In this document: positions 9,480 through 18,197 of the stretch, one piece after another
Numbering within the stretch: the stretch's first letter is position 1
How the letters are laid out: the number at the start of each line of letters is the position of its first letter
Assembly: GCA_964578995.1 (NCBI GenBank)
Contig: CAZOEZ010000001.1
Location: forward strand, 19,627 to 83,626
Origin: an uncultured archaeon
GTDB taxonomy: Archaea; Thermoplasmatota; Poseidoniia; MGIII; CG-Epi1
DNA: 64,000 bases
Direction: 5' to 3'
Notes under the pieces: generated by a model
Database searches by the model: none
Told to the model about the DNA's origin: nothing
The model's input: only the letters and a program-made list of their open reading frames with translations
Program-made: the position numbers and the translations under genes

Positions 9480-11372
9480 ATGGCAAGTCAACCACAAAGT
9501 TATGGTTCTATACGAGAATTCCTAGATAATTTGCCAAATCAACCATGTATCTGGCAACCCGAAAATGCTAATATTTGTGTCACTTGTTTGAGGATAAATG
9601 AACCTGTTGCAAGGGTTTGTTCTGTTTGGGCTCAGGCACTTGAAGAAGCTCCATTAGAAGAAATAGATTTTGAAGAAGAAGTACGATCCTTACCATCAGT
9701 CGTTGAAATCGAAGATGAATTCGAAATGGCAGAGAGTGTTGTCCCTACTTTAGGAACCACAGCTGCTGTTGCTGAAGTCGATATTGTTGAAACTAGTACT
9801 GATTGGGATATGGTTGCAGAACCTGTAATTGAGACTCCAACAGAAGAAATCACAGAAGAGGCCGTAGAAGAAGTCATTGAAGCTACTGAAGAAGTGGCGG
9901 AAGCTACGATTACAGAACCTGTCGCTGTTGAAGCTACTGAAGAAGTAGCAGAAGCTACGATTGCAGAACCTATCGAAGTTGAAGCTACTGAAGAAGTGGC
10001 GGAAGCTACGATTGCAGAGCCTGTCGAAGTTGAAGCTACTGAAGAAGTGGCGGAAGCTACGATTGCAGAGCCTGTCGAAGTTGAAGCTACTGAAGAAGTG
10101 GCGGAAGCTACGATTGCAGAACCTGTCGCTGTTGAAGCTACTGAAGTGGCTTTAGATACCATACAAGATGCAGTAGATGCTGAAACTATAGCTCAAGAAA
10201 AAGTTGAAAGTGCATCTGAAGCCGAAGAAGTTGCAGCCGAAGCTGTAGTTGAAGCCGTAAATACTGAAGCTGAAGCAGTTGAAGCATATGCAGATGCTGT
10301 GAAAGAAGAGGCCCAAGCTGCTGAAGCTGTAGTTGAAGCCGTCGAAGCTGAAGATGTAGCTACAGAAGCCGTAGTTGAGGCTACAGAACAGGTTACAGAA
10401 TTAATTGAAAAAGAAGCTGATGAAAGCGAAATACAAGAAGCTATAACTGAATTGAAAGAGAGTGTGGAGAAACAAGAAGAAGCTGAAGAGGTTCTAGCTG
10501 AAGCTGTTGTTGTAGAAGAAACTGCGGCAGAGGAAGTAGAAATTACATCAACTACTGAAAAAGAAGCTGCCGAAGTTTTGGAGAAAGCCATCGTAATTGG
10601 TGAAAAAGCTAGTGAAGATCTTGAAGAAGCGATAACCCAGGAAGAAGAGGCTGAAGAAGAAGTTAAAGAAACCATTGAAGCTTCAAAAGAATTAGGAACG
10701 GATGATGACGAAGCTGACACGGGAAGTGATGAGCCATTCATAGAGGGCGACAATGTAACTCATGGCGTTTATGGAAATGGCACTGTGTTGCAAGCAACAA
10801 AGGCAGGTAAGCATTGGTCTGTAGAAGTTGATTTCGAAGAAGGAAAGCGTAGAATTTTGGGAACATTCCTTACTCTAAACGAAGATAAAACTACAACACC
10901 AGAACCCAGCGAAGAATCTTTCAAGAAACCAGAATCTGAAGAAGAAAAAGAAGACGAAATAACCAAAGTCGTAGCTGATGTTGTGGAAGTAGACTATGGG
11001 GCATACAGTCCTGGAACTAAAATCACTCATGGAATCTTTGGAAAAGGTGAAGTTAAAGATAGCAAACCTAAGGGAGACAATTACAAATTAGAAATAGAAT
11101 TTGAAGATGGAAGTATGAGAAATCTACTTTCAACCTTTGTTGATATCTTTGATAAGGATAAAGATGTTTCTGAAACTACCGATGAAGTAGCCGAGGCTGT
11201 AGTTGCTGAACCTGTAGAAACTAAGACTACCGAAGAAGTGCTCGAAGCTGAAGCTACAGTTCTTGACACCGATGTTATTTACAGTAGACCTAAAGAAAAA
11301 GAGAAAGAAACAATACTTGATTTATCAAAGCCTGAAGTTCAAGATGCTGAGATGGTCGATGATGATGAATGA
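9480..11372 (+). CDS. hyper-acidic repeat protein with an N-terminal C4 Zn-ribbon-like motif and two Tudor-like domains (UvrD-C-terminal / RNAP-interacting-domain-like)
   Basis: 630 aa. The N-terminus carries C-x9-C-x2-C-x9-C. About 300 aa are E/A/V/T low complexity, including five perfect 17-aa repeats. Two copies of VTHGVYGNGTV...VEVDFEEGKRRIL...F are present, the second being ITHGIFGKGEV...LEIEFEDGSMRNL. A Shine-Dalgarno AAGGTG lies upstream. Confidence 0.6.
   Translation: MASQPQSYGSIREFLDNLPNQPCIWQPENANICVTCLRINEPVARVCSVWAQALEEAPLEEIDFEEEVRSLPSVVEIEDEFEMAESVVPTLGTTAAVAEVDIVETSTDWDMVAEPVIETPTEEITEEAVEEVIEATEEVAEATITEPVAVEATEEVAEATIAEPIEVEATEEVAEATIAEPVEVEATEEVAEATIAEPVEVEATEEVAEATIAEPVAVEATEVALDTIQDAVDAETIAQEKVESASEAEEVAAEAVVEAVNTEAEAVEAYADAVKEEAQAAEAVVEAVEAEDVATEAVVEATEQVTELIEKEADESEIQEAITELKESVEKQEEAEEVLAEAVVVEETAAEEVEITSTTEKEAAEVLEKAIVIGEKASEDLEEAITQEEEAEEEVKETIEASKELGTDDDEADTGSDEPFIEGDNVTHGVYGNGTVLQATKAGKHWSVEVDFEEGKRRILGTFLTLNEDKTTTPEPSEESFKKPESEEEKEDEITKVVADVVEVDYGAYSPGTKITHGIFGKGEVKDSKPKGDNYKLEIEFEDGSMRNLLSTFVDIFDKDKDVSETTDEVAEAVVAEPVETKTTEEVLEAEATVLDTDVIYSRPKEKEKETILDLSKPEVQDAEMVDDDE
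9879..10150 (+). repeat. 51-bp tandem repeat, five full units plus a partial one; units 3 and 4 are identical
   Basis: The unit gaagctactgaagaagtggcggaagctacgattgcagagcctgtcgaagtt repeats head-to-tail at 9879, 9930, 9981, 10032 and 10083. It lies inside the acidic-protein CDS and encodes ATEEVAEATIAEPVEVE. Confidence 0.9.
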
Positions 11373-11863
11373 AACTTTATTCTGAAAGATTAATCTTTCG
11401 TCAATTCAGAGCTGATGATAAAGAAATACTGATTGAATTACTAAATGATAAAGACGTAAGTAAATGGACGGAAAGAATTCCATTTCCTTATGAGGAAAAA
11501 CACGCTATTTGGTGGATTAATAACAAGCCTAAGAACAATTATGTATATGCAATTATTAGAAAAAATGGGAACTGCCTAATTGGTGGCACTAACATAACAT
11601 CCAAGGGAGAAATTGGTTGTTGGATTGGAAAGAGATACTGGAAAAAAAGATTTGCCACGGAAACTGTAGAAAGACTGGCACAATTTGGATTTGAAGAATT
11701 GAAATTAGAAAAAGTATGGGCTGCGACACACAAGGATAACAAAGCACCTATGAAAGTTCTAGAAAATCTTGGCTTCTCTAGGGTAGATGATAGACCATAC
11801 TATGTCGAAGGCATTGGCGATACTAAGATAAGACCACACTTTGAATTGACAAATAGCCCTTAA
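11369..11863 (+). CDS. GNAT family N-acetyltransferase (RimJ/RimL-like)
   Basis: 164 aa with the GNAT fold pattern (GCWIGKRYWKKRFATE, acetyl-CoA binding region). It overlaps the upstream stop by 4 nt. Confidence 0.75.
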   Translation: MKLYSERLIFRQFRADDKEILIELLNDKDVSKWTERIPFPYEEKHAIWWINNKPKNNYVYAIIRKNGNCLIGGTNITSKGEIGCWIGKRYWKKRFATETVERLAQFGFEELKLEKVWAATHKDNKAPMKVLENLGFSRVDDRPYYVEGIGDTKIRPHFELTNSP

Positions 11864-11889
11864 ATCAACCCCTCCTGTGAAATATTTGT

Positions 11890-11965
11890 GGCCCTGTGGG
11901 GTAGTTTGGAATCCTTGTTGCTTTGGGAGCCATAGACCCCGGTTCAAATCCGGGCGGGGCCACCA
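11890..11965 (+). tRNA. tRNA-Pro (anticodon UGG), probable
   Basis: 76-nt cloverleaf. Acceptor GGCCCUG/CGGGGCC. D-arm GGGU/AUCC with a GG-containing loop. Anticodon loop UUUGGGA flanked by GC/GC. T-arm CCCGG-UUCAAAU-CCGGG. Discriminator A and an encoded CCA. One U-C mismatch in the anticodon stem lowers isotype confidence. Confidence 0.65.
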
Positions 11966-11970
11966 CTTTG

Positions 11971-12987
11971 TTAATACGCTGATTTTGTTGTTGTTATGAT
12001 TACAGCTGCAATCTTGTACGGATCTCCATTTGACGATGGCCTACGATCTTCAAGCCTCCCCTTCCAACCATCTTCTACAGTACCAACAGGTATCCGAATA
12101 GAGGCACCCCTGTCTGAAATACCATATGAGAACTCATGAATCGACTGTGTTTCATGAAGGCCAGTTAATCTTTGCTCATTATGGGCGCCATAAACGTCCA
12201 TATGCTTCTTAATATTCTTTCCAAAAGCCTCACATACTTTATTGAAAACTTTTTCATCACCACATTTTCTTAGTGTGCCGTCTGAGAAATTTGCATGCAT
12301 ACCTGAACCATTCCAATCTGTAGCCCCTAGCGGTTTTGGATGCCATTCTATAGCAATACCATATTTTTCAGCATTTCTTTCAGCTAAATATCGAGAAACC
12401 CATATCTCATCACCTGCATTTTTAGCACCCTTCGAAAATATTTGGTATTCCCATTGACCCGCTGCCACTTCAGCATTAATACCTTCTACATTCAAACCAG
12501 CATCTAAACACTGGTCAAGATGATCTTCTATTATCTCCCTACCAAAAGTATTCTTTGCACCAACAGAACAATAGAATTGACCTTGAGGTGTTTGATCTCT
12601 TGGAAAACCTAAGGGCAAATCTGTCTCCGGATCCCAAAGGAAATATTCTTGCTCAAATCCAAACCAGAAATCACTGTCATCATCATCTATAGTGGCTCGG
12701 GCATTCGTAACGTGTGGTGTACCATCTGCATTGTAAACTTCATTCATTACTAAATAACCATTTTTCCTATCTGGATCTGGATATATTGCAACCGGTTTAA
12801 GGAGACAATCTGAATCATTTCCCTCCGCCTGTCTAGTAGAACTTCCATCAAATGACCAATCAGGACAGTCCTTTAATTTCCCTGAAAATTTATTTCGAAT
12901 CAACGTTTTACTTCTAAGACTCTGTGTTGGTTCAAAACCGTCTAACCAAATATATTCTAGCTTTGCCGTCTTACTCATAATAATCAT
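11971..12987 (-). CDS. glnA: glutamine synthetase, type II (eukaryote-like GSII)
   Basis: 338 aa, collinear with eukaryotic GS. Matching segments include EYIWLDG...LRSKT, WSFDGSSTRQAEG, FGFEQEYFL, AEVAAGQWEYQI, WNGSGMHANFS, RLTGLHETQSI, RGASIRIP and EDRRPSSNGDPY. Confidence 0.85.
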   Translation of the reverse strand: MIIMSKTAKLEYIWLDGFEPTQSLRSKTLIRNKFSGKLKDCPDWSFDGSSTRQAEGNDSDCLLKPVAIYPDPDRKNGYLVMNEVYNADGTPHVTNARATIDDDDSDFWFGFEQEYFLWDPETDLPLGFPRDQTPQGQFYCSVGAKNTFGREIIEDHLDQCLDAGLNVEGINAEVAAGQWEYQIFSKGAKNAGDEIWVSRYLAERNAEKYGIAIEWHPKPLGATDWNGSGMHANFSDGTLRKCGDEKVFNKVCEAFGKNIKKHMDVYGAHNEQRLTGLHETQSIHEFSYGISDRGASIRIPVGTVEDGWKGRLEDRRPSSNGDPYKIAAVIITTTKSAY

Positions 12988-13004
12988 CTATAGATTGAGA
13001 CATA

Positions 13005-13016
13005 CTATATAAAAAA
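13005..13016 (-). promoter_or_regulatory. archaeal TATA box for the glutamine synthetase gene, on the minus strand
   Basis: Read on the minus strand it is TTTTTTATATAG, centred about 24 nt upstream of the glnA ATG at 12987. This is consistent with a leaderless or short-leader transcript. Confidence 0.4.
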
Positions 13017-13077
13017 CACTCTATATTTAGTTTAAAAGAGCAAAAAATAAGAAATAAATGATTATATACATAGTAAT

Positions 13078-13087
13078 TTATATATAG
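13078..13087 (+). promoter_or_regulatory. archaeal TATA box for the Lrp/AsnC regulator gene (leaderless)
   Basis: TTTATATATA is centred about 26 nt upstream of the ATG at 13108. There is no Shine-Dalgarno, consistent with a leaderless transcript. Confidence 0.4.
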
Positions 13088-13107
13088 GATGAACAAATGT
13101 TCAATTT

Positions 13108-13554
13108 ATGGAACTAAACAATAAAGATTCTGAACTTTTGCGATGCCTAAACAAAAATGGGAAAGCCTCACAAAGAGAATTGGCAGGTTTAACTGGGCTA
13201 GCTTTAGGTACCGTAAGTAACCATCTCAAATCTCTTGAAAAGAAAAATATCATCAGAGGTTACCTTCCAGATATTGATCCGGAAAGTGTAGGATTTACTC
13301 TTACGTCTACAATAAATTTAAGAATAAAGAAAGGTAAAATAATGGAAGTTCAGGCATCGATAGCTAAGCATCCAAGAGTCTATGCAGTCTATGATATTAC
13401 TGGTGAATGGGACTCATTAGTCCTAGCACGCTTTAAGGATAGAGAAGAGATGGATCAATTTATAAAAACTATATTATCACAAAAAAATATTGAACGTACT
13501 AGCACCTCTCTAGTACTTAATAATGTTAAAGAAGAACCCAGAATAATATTGTGA
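13108..13554 (+). CDS. Lrp/AsnC family transcriptional regulator
   Basis: 148 aa with an N-terminal HTH (SQRELAGLTGLALGTVSNHLKSLE) and a C-terminal RAM/ACT-like domain. It is divergent from glnA. Confidence 0.85.
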   Translation: MELNNKDSELLRCLNKNGKASQRELAGLTGLALGTVSNHLKSLEKKNIIRGYLPDIDPESVGFTLTSTINLRIKKGKIMEVQASIAKHPRVYAVYDITGEWDSLVLARFKDREEMDQFIKTILSQKNIERTSTSLVLNNVKEEPRIIL

Positions 13555-13590
13555 GAATTATTATATCATAGTCCATAATTAAGGAAATTA

Positions 13591-15000
13591 ATGAGGTGTG
13601 CAACTTTACTTCTTATTTTTACCTGCCTGATTATATCAATAAACGGAGAATCTGCAGAACCTGAACAGGTACATCTTGCAACAACAGGAATACCTGGAGA
13701 AATGGTAGTTCAATGGGGTACTGAAGAAGACACTACTTTCTCCTGCCCATCTGGCAATACTGTAGAATACGGAACCGATAACGACAATCTAAATCTATCT
13801 GAAAATGGAAATAATGATATGTATCTGTGGACTACATGTACACACACCACCTTGTTATCAAATTTAAACCCAAATACAACTTATTATTATCGAGTAGGTG
13901 AAGATGGAGAATGGAGCAACATTTATTCCTTCAAAACACTAGAAGAGAATCCTGGCAAAATTACAATTGGTGCTATTGCCGACCATGGAACCTCAAGTAA
14001 TGCTCAAGAAACCACTAGCCATATGGAAGGTGAAAATCTTGATCTAGTTATACATGCCGGAGATATATCCTATGCAAATGATGCCGGCTCAGGGAATGGG
14101 GTAGGTGACCAGAGCGTATGGGATGAATACCAAAACCAGATTGAAAGTTTAACATCAGAATCCCCTCATATGTATGCACCTGGAAATCATGAAGAAGATT
14201 CTGAGCCTTATGAATTTGATGCTTATGAAAGCAGATTCTTTAATCCAGGTCCAAACAGTTTTTGGTATAGTTTTGATTTTGAATTCATCCATTTTGTTTC
14301 TATTTCATCTGAGCATGATTATGAACCTGGAAGTACTCAACATACTTGGCTCAAAAATGATTTAGAGGATGCTAACGAAAATAGAGAAAATTATCCTTGG
14401 GTAGTCGTATTTGCTCATAGACCAATGTACAGCTCAAATGGGGATGGCGATGGCCATGGAAGTGAAATAGAATTTAGAGAAGCCATGGAAGGCTTGCTCT
14501 TTGATTACCAAGTTGACCTTGCAATTTGGGGACACGACCATCATTATGAAAGAACATACCCTGTTTTTGAAGAGGATGTTTATTCAAACAATAGTGGAAG
14601 CCAAAAAGACCCCTTTTACAAGCCAGGAGCTACAATCCACATAGTTGCAGGAATGGCCGGTAGATCTACATATGATGGATTGGAAGAACCACAGCCTTTG
14701 TGGTCAGCATATAGAGAAGTAACATACGGATATACTTTGTTTGAAGCGACGAAGACCAGCATAAACTACAAATTTATAAGGAATAGCGATTTGCAAATTG
14801 CCGATGAATTCTGGCTTGTAAATGAGATTGGAATACAAGAGCCTATAGAAACTCCTGGAACAAACTATAATCAAACAAACCAAACGGAAGATACAGGCCT
14901 CATCAACCAAATAAAAGAACTTAATTACCTAGGGGCACCGTTTAGTATTATAATTATAGCAATAACTGCTATATTTAATCTAAAGTTTAGAAAAAAATGA
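13591..15000 (+). CDS. secreted purple acid phosphatase-like metallophosphoesterase
   Basis: 469 aa with a signal peptide. PAP motifs present: GDISYAND, GNHE, FAHRPMYSS and GHDHHYER. A C-terminal hydrophobic anchor is present. Confidence 0.8.
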   Translation: MRCATLLLIFTCLIISINGESAEPEQVHLATTGIPGEMVVQWGTEEDTTFSCPSGNTVEYGTDNDNLNLSENGNNDMYLWTTCTHTTLLSNLNPNTTYYYRVGEDGEWSNIYSFKTLEENPGKITIGAIADHGTSSNAQETTSHMEGENLDLVIHAGDISYANDAGSGNGVGDQSVWDEYQNQIESLTSESPHMYAPGNHEEDSEPYEFDAYESRFFNPGPNSFWYSFDFEFIHFVSISSEHDYEPGSTQHTWLKNDLEDANENRENYPWVVVFAHRPMYSSNGDGDGHGSEIEFREAMEGLLFDYQVDLAIWGHDHHYERTYPVFEEDVYSNNSGSQKDPFYKPGATIHIVAGMAGRSTYDGLEEPQPLWSAYREVTYGYTLFEATKTSINYKFIRNSDLQIADEFWLVNEIGIQEPIETPGTNYNQTNQTEDTGLINQIKELNYLGAPFSIIIIAITAIFNLKFRKK

Positions 15001-15315
15001 ATTCGCGTCTTCAATTTGATTAATCGTAAGGCCACGGCCCAAAACACCATTCCAACGTTTTTCTAATTTGCCATTTTTGAAAATGGCCATAGTGGGGAGA
15101 ACATTTACATCAAAAGAATCCCATAATTCTGAGTCTACATCTGTAATATCCGCAACAAAGGCCGATTCAATCTCTCCATATTCCTTCCAATTATTAAAAA
15201 AAGATATACAATAAGGACACCAATCAGCTGAAAAAAAGACAATGGATTTATCCTTATGTTCCTTAATATCCAGATTATCAAAATTAGAAGCGTACAATCT
15301 TGGTAAATGCTTCAT
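14980..15315 (-). CDS. thioredoxin-like protein (CPYC active site)
   Basis: Contains FFSADWCPYCISF in a thioredoxin fold. The start is set at the internal Met (MKHLPRLY), whose ATG overlaps the upstream gene's TGA (ATGA). The track ORF extends to 15399 through alternative start codons. Confidence 0.65.
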   Translation of the reverse strand: MKHLPRLYASNFDNLDIKEHKDKSIVFFSADWCPYCISFFNNWKEYGEIESAFVADITDVDSELWDSFDVNVLPTMAIFKNGKLEKRWNGVLGRGLTINQIEDANSFFSKL

Positions 15316-15914
15316 CTCTTTTTCCAACACATAAAGATTTCTCGATTTGCACGTGGTTCTATTGATTCTTGAGGCATTTCCTCTGCTTCCAAATCCCAAT
15401 GTAAACTAAATAATTTGTGAAGATCCATGATGTCTACTCCCCAAGGAGGCCCTCCTTCTTCAACTTCTTTATCTAATGGAAAAAACAGCCCCAATAGTTG
15501 CCCTTCTGGTTTCAATAGTTGCCAAACAACTCTATCATATTCAAAGCGCCGCTCTGGACTAATTGCACAAAAGCACGTGTATTCCATAACATAGTCAAAT
15601 TTGCCATGCATTTCTTCAGGCAAATCAAATACATCCTCACGTAAAACTTTCAGTGAAACATTAGCATTTCGTGCTTTTTCTCTAGCTTCTAAAACGGCTG
15701 CCTCTGCAAAATCAACTGCAGTGACTTCAAAACCAGCCTTAGCAAAAGTTACGGCATCATAACCCCTACCACAACCAATTACACAAATTTTTCCTTTGGG
15801 AATCTCAGAGGCTAACCTCTCGAAAAAAGGAGTGGGGCCTCCTAAATCCCAATTATCCATATCAGTTTCGTAACAGGCTTCCCAGAATTCAGCTGTGTTT
15901 ACGGGGTCTTCCAC
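15312..15914 (-). CDS. thiopurine S-methyltransferase (TPMT)-family SAM-dependent methyltransferase
   Basis: 200 aa, collinear with TPMT/Tmt ([40 protein letters not shown]). Confidence 0.7.
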   Translation of the reverse strand: MEDPVNTAEFWEACYETDMDNWDLGGPTPFFERLASEIPKGKICVIGCGRGYDAVTFAKAGFEVTAVDFAEAAVLEAREKARNANVSLKVLREDVFDLPEEMHGKFDYVMEYTCFCAISPERRFEYDRVVWQLLKPEGQLLGLFFPLDKEVEEGGPPWGVDIMDLHKLFSLHWDLEAEEMPQESIEPRANREIFMCWKKR

Positions 15915-15991
15915 AATATTCGCAAAAAGAGGTATTGTTAAAAGATAGGGTCAAACCTTTTGGAGACCTTTCTTTATTGTACATAGATAAT

Positions 15992-16471
15992 ATGACCACT
16001 GTCTTAATGAAAACAAGTGCTGGAGATATAAAAATCGAATTATTCGATGATAAAGCACCTAAAACAGTCGAAAATTTCTTGAAATTAGTCGACAAAGGAT
16101 TCTATAATGGATTACATTTTCATAGAGTAATCAAGGATTTTATGCTACAAGGGGGATGCCCAAATTCTAAGGATCCAAACAACCCTAAAGCTGGAACGGG
16201 AGGTCCTGGTTATCAGATAAATTGTGAATTCCACCCAGAATTGAAACATAATAAACCTGGATTACTTTCAATGGCAAACGCAGGACCAAATACAGGAGGC
16301 TCCCAGTTTTTCTTGACGACTGTTGCTACTCCCTGGTTAGATGGTGCTCATGCAATATTTGGTGAAGTTACAAAAGGAATGAATGCAGTCAAAGATATAG
16401 AAAATTGTAAAACGGGCCATATGGACCGACCAAACAAACCTCAACAAATAATATCAGTTAAAAGATCCTAA
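15992..16471 (+). CDS. peptidyl-prolyl cis-trans isomerase, cyclophilin type
   Basis: Cyclophilin signature [27 protein letters not shown]. The start is set at MTTVLMK. The track ORF begins 57 nt upstream at 15935 with a non-cyclophilin extension. Confidence 0.85.
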   Translation: MTTVLMKTSAGDIKIELFDDKAPKTVENFLKLVDKGFYNGLHFHRVIKDFMLQGGCPNSKDPNNPKAGTGGPGYQINCEFHPELKHNKPGLLSMANAGPNTGGSQFFLTTVATPWLDGAHAIFGEVTKGMNAVKDIENCKTGHMDRPNKPQQIISVKRS

Positions 16472-16472
16472 A

Positions 16473-18197
16473 TCAGTCCTCTGAGACTGCCAAATTAGTA
16501 TCAACATAAGGAACGTCTAAATCAAGCTGCACTATGTACAATCCTGAAGTTATACAAGAAAGATATACATAACCATTATGATATTCTGATGTCCAAAGGA
16601 AAGGAACCCAACCAAAGTCATAGAATTGTGAAGGTAAAGGTTCACCATCGGCTCCATGCGGCAAGTAATAGGCAACTGTTGCCTTAGTATAAGTGTCATC
16701 CAAATATCCATTGCCAACCATTAATGTTTCAACATCTAATACCCAGAGACCTGTGTGATAGTTACCCATGTAAATCCGACCATCCCATGTCCCTCCGTGT
16801 GAAGTGTCTCCCCCACCGGATGTATCAAACCAGACAGTATCTGCATTATGTGGAGAAAATAGAAGCCATTCTTCGCCACCAGGAATATGGTGATCTGCAC
16901 CAAAAGGATTCTCCCAAGAACTCAGAAGTTTAGGTTGAAATGTAAATGAATTACCATTTATTGTATATTCGGTAGTATCCAAAAGATAGGATAAGCCTGT
17001 TCCATTAGTTGTTTCCAAGACTTCTGTAGCAATAAAAGTCATATGAATTGGATCTTCACCCATCCCTAAGTGGCTACCATCAACCATAACGGGATATGGT
17101 TCTGCATAGTGAATGTAGCTTGCTCTTCCTCCATTAACTGATGAAGAATTACTGGCAGTACCCGAATCAGGTTCACCATCACCATTAAGATCTGCAAAAT
17201 CCATCCAATAACCTACTTCAGGTGCCCTCCAATTACAGACTACGACTGTGTGCGTATAGCAAGCCGTAGCATAAGCAATGTAATCGGGGTCATCTGGATG
17301 AGGAACGTCACTAACATCAAATATTCTAAGACCTGCTTCCCAATAAGCTCCATAAATGAACGTTCGACCAAATCGAGGATCATTTGTATCAGTTCCAGGC
17401 CATTGTTGAACAGTCATATCATGAATGTAAATCCAACCTCCTCGAGTTGTCTCCCAAGATACTTCGGCTTCACCTACTTTGAAAATGCGAGGTAAATCTC
17501 CATATCCTGCAAAGTTTAGATGTGCTATTGTAATTCCACCACAGGCATCTCCCGTCCCAATATCACAATCTTCATAGTCTGGATTTGCTACAAAGATATA
17601 CCACTCATCTTTAATCATATATGTATAAAGATTATGAGGGCCAGAAGGATGATCTGTATCATACCATGAATCAATCCACTGTGGATCAAATTTGTCTGTA
17701 ACATCTACTAAATTAACTGAAACTTGTGCAGGATCATCCCATTCACCCACATTTGGATCGGACTGTCCAGAATCAACTATCTGGTTTTGACATATGATAT
17801 ATTCTCTCCCATTATATTGAAGATATTTAATATCCAAAACCTGAGTGTAGGGGTCATTGTACCAAGCTGTAACTGTAGTATTACTAGGGTCTGTAACATC
17901 TATTATATGAAAACCTTTCCAACCAGCCTGGTAAGCATAGGTCTTACCATCTGGAGATAATGCAACTTGAACCTCAGCATTTCCTGGTTTAGTCAAAGGA
18001 TTATAACTGACAAATTCCACATTATCTGTCCAAAACTGGTGTTGAGACGCATTACGATGATCATGTCCCTCATCTTGGACTAAAGGATCAACCATATTAT
18101 TCAAAACATTTTCCTTATTATCTGAATTATCAAGGCAGCCTGAAAACATTGAGGCAAGCACAAGGCATAAGGCAAGAAACATCTCCTTAGACTGCAT
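16473..18197 (-). CDS. secreted LVIVD-repeat beta-propeller protein
   Basis: 574 aa with a signal peptide. It has recurrent LVIVD-type motifs (GFHIIDVTDPS, GLRIFDVSDVPHP, GLWVLDVETL, GLYIVQLDL). Confidence 0.6.
   Translation of the reverse strand: MQSKEMFLALCLVLASMFSGCLDNSDNKENVLNNMVDPLVQDEGHDHRNASQHQFWTDNVEFVSYNPLTKPGNAEVQVALSPDGKTYAYQAGWKGFHIIDVTDPSNTTVTAWYNDPYTQVLDIKYLQYNGREYIICQNQIVDSGQSDPNVGEWDDPAQVSVNLVDVTDKFDPQWIDSWYDTDHPSGPHNLYTYMIKDEWYIFVANPDYEDCDIGTGDACGGITIAHLNFAGYGDLPRIFKVGEAEVSWETTRGGWIYIHDMTVQQWPGTDTNDPRFGRTFIYGAYWEAGLRIFDVSDVPHPDDPDYIAYATACYTHTVVVCNWRAPEVGYWMDFADLNGDGEPDSGTASNSSSVNGGRASYIHYAEPYPVMVDGSHLGMGEDPIHMTFIATEVLETTNGTGLSYLLDTTEYTINGNSFTFQPKLLSSWENPFGADHHIPGGEEWLLFSPHNADTVWFDTSGGGDTSHGGTWDGRIYMGNYHTGLWVLDVETLMVGNGYLDDTYTKATVAYYLPHGADGEPLPSQFYDFGWVPFLWTSEYHNGYVYLSCITSGLYIVQLDLDVPYVDTNLAVSED

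Noticed and set aside
9961-10155. 64-aa plus-strand ORF (MQNLSKLKLLKKWRKLRLQ... repeated)
   Set aside because: It is an alternative reading frame of the 51-bp tandem repeat and lies inside the real CDS.
9632-10753. Long minus-strand ORFs (176 aa and 186 aa) rich in S/T/A/V, antisense to the acidic protein gene
   Set aside because: These are a reverse-complement artifact of the GAA/GCT-rich repeat-encoding sense strand. They have no start context and implausible composition, and the sense frame has clear domain structure.
16724-17960. Several 69-81-aa plus-strand ORFs inside the LVIVD-repeat gene, and similar small antisense ORFs inside other large genes (for example 39589-40289, 41353-43848)
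   Set aside because: They lie fully within well-supported CDSs on the opposite strand or frame and have no motifs and low-complexity composition. They are typical six-frame noise in AT-rich DNA.
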